Of a DNA stretch of 64,000 bases, positions 24,268 through 37,833 are shown piece after piece (position 1 is the stretch's first letter; every line of letters starts with the position of its first letter). Made by a program: the position numbers and the translations under genes. Source of the DNA: Octopus vulgaris (taxonomy: Eukaryota); NCBI GenBank assembly GCA_951406725.2, contig OX597819.1, forward strand, positions 65,782,001-65,846,000, given 5' to 3'. Under the pieces are notes generated by a model that searched no databases, had not been told where the DNA came from, and saw only the letters and a program-made list of their open reading frames with translations.

Positions 24268-24600
24268 GGTGAAGGTGCATGGCTCAGTGGTTAGAACGTC
24301 GGGCTCACCATTATTTGGTTGTGAGTTCGATACTCGAACTGGGCTGTATGTTGTTTTCTTGAGAAAGAGACTTTATTTCATGTTGCTCCAGTTCAGTGAA
24401 CTGTAGAAATGAATTGCCACGTCACTGGTGACAAGCTGCATCGGCCTCTTTGCCTTTCCCTTGCATAACATCGGTGCAGTGGAGAGATACATGAGGCTGG
24501 TATGCATGAGTGACTGCTGGTCTTCCACAAGTAACCTTTCTCGGGCTTGTGCCTCGGCGGGGAACTTCTGGTCATTCCTGACCAAAGCGGGTCTTTATCG
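24268..24600 (+). mobile_element. tRNA-derived SINE, family D
   Basis: TGGCTCAGTGG A box, GAGTTCGATAC B box, TTCTTGAGAAAGAGACTTTATTTCATGTTGCTCCAG core shared with 40099 and 51750. Confidence 0.75.
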
Positions 24601-25294
24601 TTTTATGCATAAAACAGCGTAAATCAGAAATGAAATACATTTACACATAAGCGTTAGTAAATTATAAACGGACTGAATACGAATGTATATACATTCTTTC
24701 TATACTATCAGTGTATACAAATAAAGTAATGGAGTCTCCTGACAGTCGTTTCAAACATTGGGCTGACCACTCCTCAGAGCTTTCCCAGTCAGGAGCTTAC
24801 AGCGTTTTGTAAATGAAGTGGTCTAGCACAATAGTGAATAAATTTATTTGGATGTTTGTACGTTTGACAGCTTGTCATTAATAAAAAAAATATCAATTTA
24901 CGCAGAGCACAACCTTACCGTTTTATTCCGTGCATCATAAGAATGTAAATAATGTGTTTACATCTATATTAAGATTTGGTCTTATTTGAAGATTTTGTTT
25001 CCAGTTCTTAAATATAAGGTGTTGTGCACAAATATTGTTTTATAGATGATGCGCCCTCAAAAATGCAAATTTATAAAATAGGTAATGCACTATTGTGATA
25101 GCATAATTCATGACTGCTTTTCAGGAGCTCATCTTGGCTACTGTATCGAGGAATGAAACAGTTTAGAACGTCACTGAAGAGAAGTTGAAAAACCGTGAAA
25201 AGGTGCGTGCAGCACCATTCAGAAAGAATAGTAGAGCAGGAATGTACGTATTTTTATTGAAATCGTAGCGAATCATTATTAAATAAATAGATAA

Positions 25295-25764
<470 letters not shown>

Positions 25765-26159
25765 ATGTGTCTGTGTGTATATATGGTCAATGTGTGGATT
25801 ATTTATGTTCTTCAGATATAAGTAATCCTTTCCTTTCGTCTTATTACATTATCAACTAAATATGTCGAATAACCTTGCCGTTGTTGGGAGACGTTGCTCT
25901 TATCACTGGAATATTTCTATACTTCGTTGTAGTTATATTTGTTGTTGATGTTCTTTATGCTCCTACTGCTGTTAATGTTGTTGTCGTTGCTATTGTTCGT
26001 GATGATGTGATGTAATGCAGTTGGATGATGCTGTGAGCATCGCGGCATTTTTCTTTGTTGTTATTATACAGCCAGTACAATACTCAACTAAAATGTTCGT
26101 AAACACACATACATACACTCACAAAATGCACACATATATAATTTTCCGTGCACATACTC

Positions 26160-26288
26160 ATATATATACATGTAAAAAAATATATATATATAAACATATA
26201 CATATATATAAATATATATATAAACATATCTACATATTTATTTATATAAATATATATATTAACATATATGCATATATATTTATATAAA

Positions 26289-26335
<47 letters not shown>

Positions 26336-26564
26336 GTACATATATATATAAACATATATATATATATATATATATACGCACATATATATATAAACATATA
26401 TACAGATATATTTATATACATATATGTATATACATATATATACATACATATATTTATATACATATATGTATATACATATATATACATACATATATATATA
26501 TACATATATGTATATACATATATATATACATACTTATATATATATGCATATATATATACGTACA

Positions 26565-26612
<48 letters not shown>
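26160..26612. repeat. Interrupted (TA)n microsatellite
   Basis: Direct repeats. Confidence 0.95.
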
Positions 26613-26615
<3 letters not shown>

Positions 26616-27304
26616 ATATGTGTATGTGCGCGAGTGCGTTTCGCTTTAACTTGTATGGGTTTTACTTTTAGCTTGTGCTTTTTCTTATGTTTTCAATCAT
26701 CCACCATATTGCCATACATCGGAACATCACTGCTATAGCTGTGAGGATACCAGAGCAAAGGCAGTTAATGAAAATGTTATGAACCAATGTGTATGCAACA
26801 ACATGGCTTTTATTTTCATGTTATAATTTCGATATCATCTCTTTGTTTCCTTGTTTAATGTATTATTGTTCTGTTTTGTTTGATTATTCTTTGCTATGTT
26901 ATATTCTTCGTTCATTTCCTGTCACCTGCTGTGCTTTGGAAGGATCCGTGTTTGTGAAGAATGGATAACCACTCCTTATGCTGCAATCGTCTTAGAATAT
27001 ATGCCGTTTTGATTACCAGTTTTATTCAAATAACATAAATATTCTATAACGTCGTTATACATGTACACATAATTCATACGTTAAATAACACATATGCATA
27101 CATGGATATAACAATATATTAGTTCGCACACGCAAATACACACACATATTTACAGGGATATGTATACAAATATGTACATATATAAATCATTATACGAGTG
27201 TACGAAAGAACGTCGTATAATAAATGCCCGTGTGTGTATGTATGTATAATTGTAACATAATTCTCTCTACATGTATATGGTTATAAATGCAAACACACAT
27301 ATCG

Positions 27305-27365
<61 letters not shown>

Positions 27366-27980
27366 AATATATATATATATATATATATACACATATGTAA
27401 TTATGTGTACACACCACACACACATACAAACGTATGTATGTATATGTATGTGCGTATACACACAAAGAAAGGCACAGATTAAAAAGTATGGTCGCTATGG
27501 TTTTAATCCCATCTTCCTACGCTTTCCCCACTTACGGGGGTGCAGATATGCAGGTTACGTTTATCTGAGTATCGGAAGTAATAATTATGTCGTTTAAGTC
27601 CACCTTTAAATGTCCTTTACGTTTACCCTACATAATGTTTTGCGATACGAACTCTGTGGTGTGAAGTATTCAACTCTATAAGCTTGTGTATTCATGGAAA
27701 TGTGAGCCTAAATGAAGGGAAATAATGCGTCAAAATGAACAGCACTGACTTCGAACTGCTTACACAGAATCCATCATCCATTTTTAATCCATAAGGCGAT
27801 CAGTATTGTCTCTTGTGGCTACAAGCATACCGGTTCTAAGAATCGTCTTAGACAGGTAAAAATCAACAAGCACCATTTAGACATAAACCGAAAATTTAGA
27901 GATATTAGCACTATGATGATGATGATAATAATAATAATGATAATAATAATAATAATAATAACAACAACAACAACAATAAC

Positions 27981-28043
<63 letters not shown>

Positions 28044-28057
28044 TATTATTATTATTA

Positions 28058-28226
28058 TAGGGGCTGCAATAAGGGTGGAGCACTTGCAGAAAAAGTACTG
28101 CTTGGAACTGCTCGAATACTCCGGAGGGTGTTCGAAAATTAAGAGATGTTACCTTAGTTCACTGGTAGTGAACAGCTGCCACTGTAGTACATCTCCAGCG
28201 TTAGAAGCTGTGCAAAGACAACAACA
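28058..28226 (+). mobile_element. Short 3' fragment of an R4/Dong-type LINE
   Basis: Encodes (with one frameshift) IRVEHLQK-VLLGTARILRRVFEN*, the typical C-terminus of RLE-type R4/Dong ORFs, then a 3' UTR and (AAT)n. Confidence 0.7.
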
Positions 28227-28304
<78 letters not shown>

Positions 28305-28350
28305 AAGAAGAAGAAGAAATATATAAATATAATAAGTATGAATATAATAA

Positions 28351-28906
28351 ATGCCCTGATGCAGTATCAGGCAGTGGCTCTCATGGCTTCTGATCTTAAC
28401 TGATTGGAAGTGTTATCATGTACATTGATTTGTCTTGGTATAAAAGATGTGCTACAGCAAATATTCTGCTTAATACCACAGATTTGCTTGTTAGTTGTTT
28501 GACCGTAACCAGTTGAGCATGTCCCTTAGTGGCTTATGAAATTGGCATCTCTGATCACGAGCAGAAGTAGTGGGGAAGTATCATAGCCATGTGTTGCAAG
28601 GGATTCTTTGGGGTTTGAATAATTCACCTCTGAAAACATGGGTGTTTCGTTCAACATCCTTAAACAACCCTTATTCAGGGACCTTTTGAGCAGGATGGGT
28701 TACTCGAGCAGAAGAAAATTCTAACTGGGCCCCAACTGCAAGGTCATGTGCTGTTTATCTTGATATGAGATCACCATGTCGTGCACACATGGTTGTGATG
28801 CATGAGCCTAGAGTACCCTTATCAGACGGGTAGTAATGATGGATATACTGGGCTTCGTATATTTAACCCCAGTGTCAGTTTGATGGCATGCACTGCTCTC
28901 TCACTC
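28351..28906 (+). mobile_element. ~555-bp (AAT)n-associated non-coding interspersed repeat
   Basis: ATGCCCTGATGCAGTATCAGG...GCACTGCTCTCTCACTC followed by (AAT)n; homologous to three other copies. Confidence 0.85.
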
Positions 28907-28951
<45 letters not shown>

Positions 28952-28952
<1 letters not shown>

Positions 28953-29731
28953 TGCAATGAGAGCCCTATAAGATTTGTAAATAAATAAATACAGATTGAT
29001 ACAGGTTTTAGCACCTATAGAGTACAAATCAAGACATGACAGAATTGGCCAATGTCTACATTGGATAATGTGTCGGCAGTATAAAATCAAAACTGCTGAC
29101 AAATGGTAGAAGCACCACCCTGAGGCTGTAACTGAGGGAGAAAATGTAACGACTCTTTGAGATTTCCCAGTATATACAGACCGGACCCTCAAAGCAAATA
29201 AATCAGGTATTGTTGTAAATGACCAAAACAATAAAGTCTGTTTATTGATTGACATGAGCTTACCCTGTGACTATAATATCTCGGCAAAAGAATTTGATAA
29301 GCTCAGAAAATATAAAGATTTGCTAATCGAAATCGAAAAGATGTGGCATCTCAAGACTGTTACTATACCAGTTATATAAGGAGCACTCGGAATGATCAAA
29401 AAAGGAACTAAAAATTATTTAAGAATGATCTCTGGATTACCATCCATACAGGAAGTGCAAAAGATTGTCTTTACTGCAAAGTCACACGTATTGAGATAAG
29501 AATTGTCGTTGTGAATTTTCTTTCTTTTTCCCATTTATTTACTTTGTTTACATTTTTTCTTCTTATTTTTTTCTCTATCTTTCTTCCCCTTTTTTCTATC
29601 ACATGACTTTGCGAATGAACAATCTGGTGTGTTTATTTTAATAGCCGACCAATGTATGCTGTGCGTTTGTCTGCACTAGGTGTCAGGTAGACACTCCGCA
29701 AGAAATGGAAACGAAATTGAAAGATGACAAA
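28952..29731 (+). mobile_element. 5'-truncated R4/Dong-type LINE (restriction-like endonuclease domain, pseudogenised)
   Basis: 29005-29514 translates LAPIEYKSRHDRIGQCLHW...DFPVYTDRTLKANKSGIVV...LLIDMSLPCD...KEFDKLRKYKDL...MW...IPVI*GALG with in-frame stops; (AAT)n on both sides. Confidence 0.85.
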
Positions 29732-29970
29732 AATAATAATAATAATAATAATAACTTGGAACGACGATACCTATTGAATGCAAGCTACCACCACACACAA
29801 AAGAGCTGAGAAAGTGAGATATCACTTAGCTAATGGATAAAAATTACGACGATAGAGGAGAACATTTTTCCCATCATCCCATTTGTAATTCGTACATACG
29901 AAAGAATACAAGCAATTGCTTCTCAAAAGATATTACTTACAATTTATTTACTTGCTGTTCATCTGTTTGG

Positions 29971-30006
<36 letters not shown>

Positions 30007-30282
30007 TTGGATGATTTCCTGGTTATATTACGCAACTATGTCTAATACTATTGAATAGATATATTTTTTTTATACATGAATATAAAGAATAGTTAATTCA
30101 AGCTATATAGCATCTGTTTGTTTCTATGGTTTTATTATTTGCTATATTAGACGGGCAGCGAGACATTTGTTGTAGCTTTCATTGATTTGGTTTTGCCATC
30201 TAGTGTTAGAATTCTTCCAAAGACTTCCTCTTCTCTCTCACCCTATCTGTCTATTAGTCTTTCTCTCCCTCTCCCTCTCCTT

Positions 30283-30327
<45 letters not shown>

Positions 30328-30353
30328 CATACATGCATACATATATTTACATA

Positions 30354-30397
<44 letters not shown>

Positions 30398-30569
30398 AAA
30401 TGGAGTTAACGCAGGTTTAAACAAGTATTTTTACTTTCTACATATGTTTCGAAAATTCCACTGATACTATTCAAAAGAATAAAAGAATAAAAGGTATAAA
30501 CAATGCTGCCCTGGTAACTATTTATTTATTTTTCCGTGTTAATTGTTAACAAGGTAAAATACACTCATC

Positions 30570-30660
<91 letters not shown>

Positions 30661-30669
30661 GCATATATA

Positions 30670-30824
30670 CACGACGGGGTTCTTTCAGCTTCCGACTCCC
30701 AAATTCGCTCACAAGCTTTATTGGGCTCGATGCTATAGTAGAAGACACTTGCCCAAAATTCCATGCAGTGGGACTGAAACCAGAACCAGAAACAGGCTTC
30801 TTACCACACGGCCAATCCTGCGCC
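30670..30824 (-). mobile_element. tRNA-derived SINE family B, 5' portion
   Basis: Reverse complement AGGCGCAGGATTGGCCGTGTGGTAAGAAG...GGTTTCAGTCCCACTGCATGG...TTGGGCAAGTGTCTTCT (CORE-like). Confidence 0.8.
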
Positions 30825-30856
<32 letters not shown>

Positions 30857-30869
30857 TATAAATATATAT

Positions 30870-31012
<143 letters not shown>

Positions 31013-31112
31013 TATACATGTATATATTTATATATATACACATATTTATACATATACATATACACACACACATATAGGTACATATATATTAAATGTATAA
31101 AATATTCATATA

Positions 31113-31653
31113 CACTTTTTTATCCGAGGGGAGGCAATGCGAGCAATAACCATACAAGGCATATTAAAAGACGAATTAAAATTCTAGCGAAATGTACATA
31201 GAAGATAATTATACAAGTTTACAAAAATATAAGTTTCAAAGATACACAGAAGTCCATCTACGGGCCGTTTCAGAGACGCGCCAATTAATATTAGACATAT
31301 CATATACTTAAAATTGGCACTCCCCTCATCAGAATGTCCTATACATGCAACACATAGTAAACGTGAACAAATACACAATCACATACCGGCCATATTCAGA
31401 ACCGAGACATTAGGTACTCCCAGAAATTTTTCTCGATCCTGAATTCTATTTTACACGCATATAATTCGGCCAGAAGCCATAGTTAATGGTATTCACACAG
31501 CGCCATCTGGACCATTTCACTTCTGCACTTATTTTATTTTATTGTGGGGGCGTTACATATAATGATAAAAAAGGAAAGAAAGCAATTGCAATTATCTCAT
31601 CGCTTTCGAAGAGGTTGTTGCTCGCATTGCCTCCCCTCGGATAAAAAAAAGTG
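31113..31653. mobile_element. Non-autonomous DNA transposon with CAC-starting ~39-bp TIRs (CMC/EnSpm-like)
   Basis: Left CACTTTTTTATCCGAGGGGAGGCAATGCGAGCAATAACC; right GGTTGTTGCTCGCATTGCCTCCCCTCGGATAAAAAAAAGTG; TATA (or TA) on both sides. Confidence 0.8.
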
Positions 31654-31774
31654 TATACAGCTCATTAGAGCACTTCTATTTCCAGTCCGTTGTATATCTT
31701 GAGCGTTGTTGTCACTCAAGATATAATTATATTTTATATTTTGTAAAATATTCATATATGCATATATATTTATA

Positions 31775-31835
<61 letters not shown>

Positions 31836-32164
31836 TCTGGGTGTTAGTTTTAAACAGAAATGGAAACATGCCTGTCAATACTTATCTGATTCTCTTGAGA
31901 AGCAAAAGGAATGATGAAATATTCCGAACTGCAAACATCTTACTATCACAGAAACTACTACCACCACCGCTGCCACCAATAAGAATAATAAACACAGCAA
32001 TGATGATGATGTTGAAGAAGTTAATGATGATGGTTGTGACTATGATGATGATAATGATTACGATGACTATGATGATGATGAATATGGTGGTGGTGGTGGT
32101 GGTGGTGGTGATAATGATGATGATGACGACGGCGATGACGATGAGTATGATGATGACGATGATG

Positions 32165-32376
32165 ATTTCAAGTTTGGTCACTAGGCCCACAGATTCAGAG
32201 AGGGGTTAAATCGATCGCATCAATCCCAGTGCATTACTGCTACTTATTTTATAGACCCCCGGAAGGATCAAAGGCAAAGTCTACCTCGGCGTATTTGAAC
32301 TCATGAAGCAAAGACGGACGAAAATGCCGGTACGCTTTGTTTTCCGGCGAGTTAACGAATCTGCCAGGCGGACACC
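32165..32376 (-). mobile_element. tRNA-derived SINE, family A (diverged)
   Basis: AAAGGCAAAGTCTACCTCGGCGTATTTGAACTC and flanks homologous to 4560-4783. Confidence 0.75.
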
Positions 32377-32394
32377 ATAATAATAATAATAATA

Positions 32395-32735
32395 ACAATT
32401 TCATTCATTTGCCACAAGGGCGAAGGATTAATGGGACAATATAGAGACAGACAGAAAGTGTGGGGGCGTTACATATAATGATAAAAAAGGAAAGAAAGCA
32501 ATTGCAATTATCTCATCGCTTTCGAAGAGGACAAAATCGACCGCGACTAAATTTGAGCTCAAAATGGAAAATCGGAAAAATGCTGCTAAAAATTCTGACC
32601 AATTTTCTCTTGCATCCTCTCTTGTCAGTTTTGCCACTTTCACCCATCTTTCAAGAAACTCTCTCGTGGACAGTATCTCCCACTCCGCTCTCACCTTGCT
32701 TTTCAAGTGAAGAATGAAAAAGTCGATATGTCAAT
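32395..32735 (-). mobile_element. Tx1/L1-type LINE 3' fragment
   Basis: Minus ORF KVRAEWEILSTREFLERWVKVAK is homologous to RKVLPCSKFFERWVNVGR at ~48400; shared 3' end GCCCTTGTGGC followed by a simple-repeat tail. Confidence 0.65.
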
Positions 32736-33300
32736 AGGAACTCGACTACAGCAGACAGTGTTTGTCTTCAGACCGTTCACGCTTCTGACTCCTGTAGGTT
32801 TTCATCAAACCACTGCCAGAATAAACGTAGCAGGAATTAAGGGAACGAGGTCAATAAAATTGATATGAAGAATTTTTATTACAAGTGAACCAAATTGAAG
32901 AGGTTAAAAACAAAGGATGAAGATTATTTGGGAGGAAAAAATGGTATTTTTGATGTCACTGACTAAATGTTGACTGAGCAGGTTAGAGTATTTAGAAGTA
33001 ATAAATGGCTAACTGAAATTGAAGTGAGCAGAAGGAAAATTGAAAATGAACTTGAAGAGGGAGAAGTACGTGTAGAGAATGATGTAGTCACATAATTCGA
33101 GGAAAGCAACTGCACAAGAATTAGAATTAACTGAAGCATTAGGAAGACACGTGTAGCAGAGTTAGATGGAGAACAATTTTCTGTTTCAACAAAAGTTGTC
33201 AGAAAAGTGCGACCTGCAATCCCGAGAACTCACGCAGAATTTAAGTTATACAGATAGCGATTAGGTTGGATTATGGTATTATGGTATATAAATGGTGTAT

Positions 33301-33557
33301 TACGAGGGTGAGTCAAAAGGTAATGTCATTTTGTTTAGGATCGGTATAATTACCTGTCCTAAACAGGAACATGTATCATACATCAAAGTGAAGCTGGTTC
33401 TCTGCGGATCACATCTCTACTTCTCATCATAGCCACCATTTCTCTCAATAGCAATGTTCCACCTTTGAATTAGAGCGTGTATCCCTGCCCCGTAAAATTC
33501 TGTTGACTGTGCTTTCAGCCACTTCTTCACTACAGTTTTCACTTCCTCGTCACTGAA
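33301..33557 (-). mobile_element. Mariner transposon 3' fragment
   Basis: TA+CGAGGGTGAGTCAAAAG TIR; minus strand translates FSDEEVKTVVKKWLKAQSTEFYGAGIHALIQRWNIAIERNGGYDEK*, a mariner transposase C-terminus. Confidence 0.85.
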
Positions 33558-33599
33558 CTATCATCATCAATATCTCCGAAACAACAACTTAGATATGCA

Positions 33600-34800
33600 C
33601 TGCAGGAAACGTAGTTGCGGAGGAATTACGGTTTAAGGAAAGAAATAACAGAAATGATAAGGAATCGCAATAGAGGAAGAGAATTCGTTTTAAGTCGAAC
33701 CAAATGCGGCCTTGGCATGAATAAAACAGATCGAAAATTAAATTGAACGGGGATCAAGGGAAGGTTAGGAAGAGATGAAAAAAATGCACGCAAAGTTATT
33801 CACGAATGACATAAGTAGTTGAGACAAAGTGTAGTCGCAGTTCATGCAAAATTATCAAAATTCTATGCTAAAAAAAATGAATTGTACTGGCAGAATAGAA
33901 TTCCATTGAAATCAGAAAAGCTTGTTTGTGGTTCCAGAGAGTAAATGGAATGAGGCGGTTGTTCCGGTGGCAGAAGGGAGTCGTGAATTTTCAAGTGGGA
34001 TTTGGAATTAGCCAACTTAGAAATTGTTAAAAGAGTTCGAGGAAGAAACGGAAGGCGCAGAACTAGGCGGTGTTGAAGGATTTTAGTTCAAGTGATTTTC
34101 ATCTCTAAGAGCATCTCATATTAGCTAAACACTGTCGTACAATGGCAAATTGTGCCATTCTGGACGACTACTGAAAGAAGTGTGTTGTGTGTTAAGGATA
34201 TTGATTAGGAAAACAGTTTCTAATTTTAGGTCGATAACTTCCTTCCCTTAATGAGCAAGTCTTTCACGAGTGATTATAATTAGAAAAGCCGTATGGAAAA
34301 GTTGAGGTTAAAGGAATTTTTCCAATGGAAAGAAAATACGATATCGGAAGATAAGCAGAGGCACAACAGATCAGCTATTGATTGAAAAGTAAAGGAAACA
34401 GTGATAACGACCTCTAGGAGGAGACTGACAAACCTGGAGATGAATTAGGTAGATTATAAAAATATCTATGATATGGTAGACATAGAAGAAAGACAAAATC
34501 ATGGATGTCTATATTTTGCAGATAACATCAGAGCATTTAATCTTCGGCTACATGAGACACTGAACACCGAAATAGTAGTTGACACTGTCATTGGGAAAAG
34601 GTAACATAAAGCGAGAAATATTTCAGGGCAACATTATGACCGCTTTTATCTCTTACAGCTTTTATGCGACTGTCTAGGCGAGGGCGATGGAAAGCTAAAC
34701 CATTTACTCTCTACGGATGCTATGAAGATTTTTTCTAAAGCGAGGAACAGTTCAACTGTGTAGTAAATAAGGAGATAATGTTTTCTGACACTTTTCGATT
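33600..34800 (+). mobile_element. Possible highly decayed LTR-retrotransposon (Gypsy-like integrase) relic
   Basis: Only weak peptide hints (LFVVPESKWNEAV at ~33920; PYGKVEV at ~34290); purine-rich, coding-like composition. Confidence 0.2.
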
Positions 34801-34831
34801 TGGAGTTTGGACTACCAATGTGCGCAGCATA

Positions 34832-35053
34832 TGAGAGAGGGTGCCGAAAAGTCCCTAGCTTTAGCTAAAAGAAAATACAGGAGGATAGGTATATTATGAT
34901 TCTATTCAAAATATTCCACTCTCAGATTCACGTACTTATTGCAGCGATCCTTCAGTTTTTCAAAGCCCTGTAAAAGAACTTGGAAGGATCAGCCTCCAAC
35001 GAGGCCATTCGCGACAACCTTAAAGCCAGGAAATTTTCAGCACCCCATCCTCG
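34832..35053 (-). mobile_element. Mariner-derived MITE (~220 bp)
   Basis: Imperfect TIRs GGGTGCCGAAAAGTCCCTAGCTTT / AAAGCCAGGAAATTTTCAGCACCC; minus strand retains GFEKLKDRCNKYVNLRVEYFE*. Confidence 0.7.
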
Positions 35054-35348
35054 AATTTTCAGGAAACAATTTTGTTGGAAAAAGTCGAAATCTAACAGTA
35101 GGGCAGGAAACTTCGTCTTTTGTGAATATGGCAGACGTTCTAACTGTTTATCTATCCAAGTATTCTTTTCTCAGTCGATGTTTACAGGTTATTATTTATA
35201 GCTTTCTCTACTTCCAATTCCACCGCTAAAACCTATATATTTCACGTTTCTCAAAGCTTCTTAATTCTGTTGAGGATGATGATGTATATGTATGTATGTA
35301 TATATACATATATACATGCATATGCATCATATATATATATATACATAC

Positions 35349-35396
<48 letters not shown>

Positions 35397-36169
35397 ATAT
35401 ATGCATATATATACATACATAAATATGTATGTATATATAGACACATATTCATACATACATATATATACGTACACGCATACATATATGTATAGATACACAC
35501 ACACACACATGTATATTTGTGTCAACTAGTTTATATTTTGCGTTTGTGTCAACCGGTTTATATATTTTATTCTTAAAACTATTTTCTCATCATTACTGTT
35601 CAAAATTATATAGACTCATGAATAGAAGTTTCAAACCAACAAAGCTTTAATGCTGCTGGATATGTTTTGAAACTGTCTTTAGATGCTGGAATAATTTTCA
35701 TATAATTTCTACTATGTTTCCCCTTTAATGTTCGAATGGTTAATATTTTATCACTACTTCTAATAGTAATATCATTTCATGTACATATGTATGTACGTGT
35801 GTGTGTATATATATATATAAAATAATATATATTATACATACATATATATATATGTATTTATATATATGTATGTATGTGTGTATGTATATATAGATATGTG
35901 TGTGTGATTGTATAATTATATATAGATAAGGCTATGTATGTATATATATATATATATAAAGGCACAAATATTTGTGAGTTTGAAAGTCATTCAGAGATAG
36001 ATGGATACATATTTATATAGAAAGAGAGAGATTGGTATGTAGGTAAATAGATGAAAGGATGGGTGGGTAGATAGGTAAATAAGTGTTGGGATTGGTACGC
36101 AGCTATGCACGTAGGTAAGTATATAAGTATGTATGTATGTATGTATGTATGTATGTATGTATGTATGTG

Positions 36170-36440
36170 TGGAGGCGCAATGGCACAGTGTTTAGGGCAG
36201 CGGACTCGCGGTCGGATGATCGTAGTTTCAATTCCCAGACCGGGCGTTGTGCGGCAGGGTGTGGTGGCGACCCCTGTTGTACTCTTTCGCTCCAACTTTC
36301 TCTCACTCTTTCTTCCTGCTTCTTGAGTAACGCTGCGATGGACTGGCGTCCCGTCCAGCTGGGGGGAACACATACGCCATAGAAACCGGGAAACCGGGTC
36401 CATGAGCCTGGCTAGGCTTGAAAAGGGCGCATAAATATAA
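36170..36440 (+). mobile_element. tRNA-derived SINE, family C head with alternative tail
   Basis: GGAGGCGCAATGGCACAGTG...GTTTCAATTCCCAGACCGGGCG head as at 47543/60760; tail CTGCGATGGACTGGCGTCCCGTCCAG...AGAAACCGGGA. Confidence 0.8.
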
Positions 36441-36789
36441 AAACATGCATCCATGTATGTATGTATGTAGGTATGTAGGTATGTATGTATGTAGGTATGT
36501 ATGTATGTAGGTAGGTAGGTAGGTTGGAAGGATTTTCATCAGACGATCATAGTGATCCGCTATAAGAAATAATTCAGTGCTACAATGTTAGGATACTTGA
36601 TGTTTATTTTCTTACATGGCCAGATGATGCAACTTTTGTCGTCTCTTCAGAGAAGAGTTCCCGGGTAGCGGACTGTAGTAACATTTTGTTTGACCGCACT
36701 GATGTACACATACTCGAATTCCTACACAAACAAACAGACATACACACATGTAGACACACGAGTATACATTTCAAAATACATGGTGGACT

Positions 36790-37035
36790 CTCCTGTCGAA
36801 GACAACGTATGTGTGTTCAGCTTTTTTGCTGAACGACCAACATAATTGATTTGTTTATAGTGATGAAATTTATGTACTGTCCATTAGCTCACTCTCACAT
36901 GGACAGGTGCAGGGGGTACCAAGCGTCCGGTTCCGAAATGATTACAGATCAACAGGAGATGAAGTTCTCTGCTCAAGAACACAACACTCCACCCGGTTAA
37001 TTGTAACACCTAAACCATTAGGCCATGCGCCATCA
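36790..37035 (-). mobile_element. Diverged tRNA-derived SINE (family D-like head)
   Basis: Reverse complement GGCGCATGGCCTAATGGTTTAGG...GTGTTGTGTTCTTGAGCAGAGAACTTCATCTCCTGTTG. Confidence 0.55.
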
Positions 37036-37256
37036 CATATTTACTGGATTAATCTATATATATGTAATATACTTATGATAAGTCTATTAATTATCTTCCT
37101 AACTTTTCAGTGTCTCATTACCAATGATTGTTCGAATCTTATTCAAATGTAATATTTGGAAAGATTAATTTGTCTTTCATTTTACAAAAAAAACGTTACA
37201 TATTTATATTTAGATCCGTGTTGAGCCCTATAAGTTACAATGTCAGAGCTTAACCC

Positions 37257-37833
37257 GAGCTCATTTACTGCTGAGTTGCTTTACTGCTGAGCTCCTTTAC
37301 ACCTGAGCTCTTTTACTGCTGAGCTCCTTTACTGTTGAGCTCTTTTGCAGCTGAACTCATTTACAGCTGAGCTCCTTTACAGCTCAGCGCTTTTACTGCT
37401 GAGCTCTTTTACTGCTGAGCTCCTTTACTGCTGAAATTCTTTACTGCTGAGCTCCTTTACTGTTGAACTCCTTTACAGCTGAGCTCTTTTACTGCTGGGC
37501 TCCTGTATAGCTTCGCTCCTTTACTGCTGAGCTCCTTTACTGCTGAGCTCCTTTACTGCTGAGCTCCTTTACAGCTGTGCTACTTTACAGCTGAACTCCT
37601 TTACAGCTGAGCTCATTTACTGTTGAGCTCATTTACTGCTGAGCTCATTTACTGCTGAACTCCTTTAGTGCTGAGCTTCTTTATAGCTGAGGTCCTTTAC
37701 TGCTGAACTCCTTTACTGCTGAGCTCCTTTACTGCTGAGCTCTTTTACAACTGAGCTCCTTTACTGCTGAGGTCCTTTACAGCTGAGCTCCTTTACTGCT
37801 GAGCTCCTTTACTGATGAGCTCCTTTACAGCTG
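37257..37833. repeat. 16-bp minisatellite (~36 units), consensus ACTGCTGAGCTCCTTT
   Basis: Contiguous diverged 16-mers without unique spacers. Confidence 0.92.

Noticed and set aside
24270-24345. tRNA genes at SINE heads
   Set aside because: A/B boxes are present, but there is no complete cloverleaf and each continues into a SINE body.
28351-28375. Resemblance of CCTG-ATGCAGTA-CAGG to U2 snRNA stem-loop IV
   Set aside because: Match is too short, and no other U2 sequence (branch-point pairing region, Sm site) is visible.
37257-37833. CRISPR-like array
   Set aside because: Contiguous 16-bp units with no unique spacers, eukaryotic context, no cas genes.
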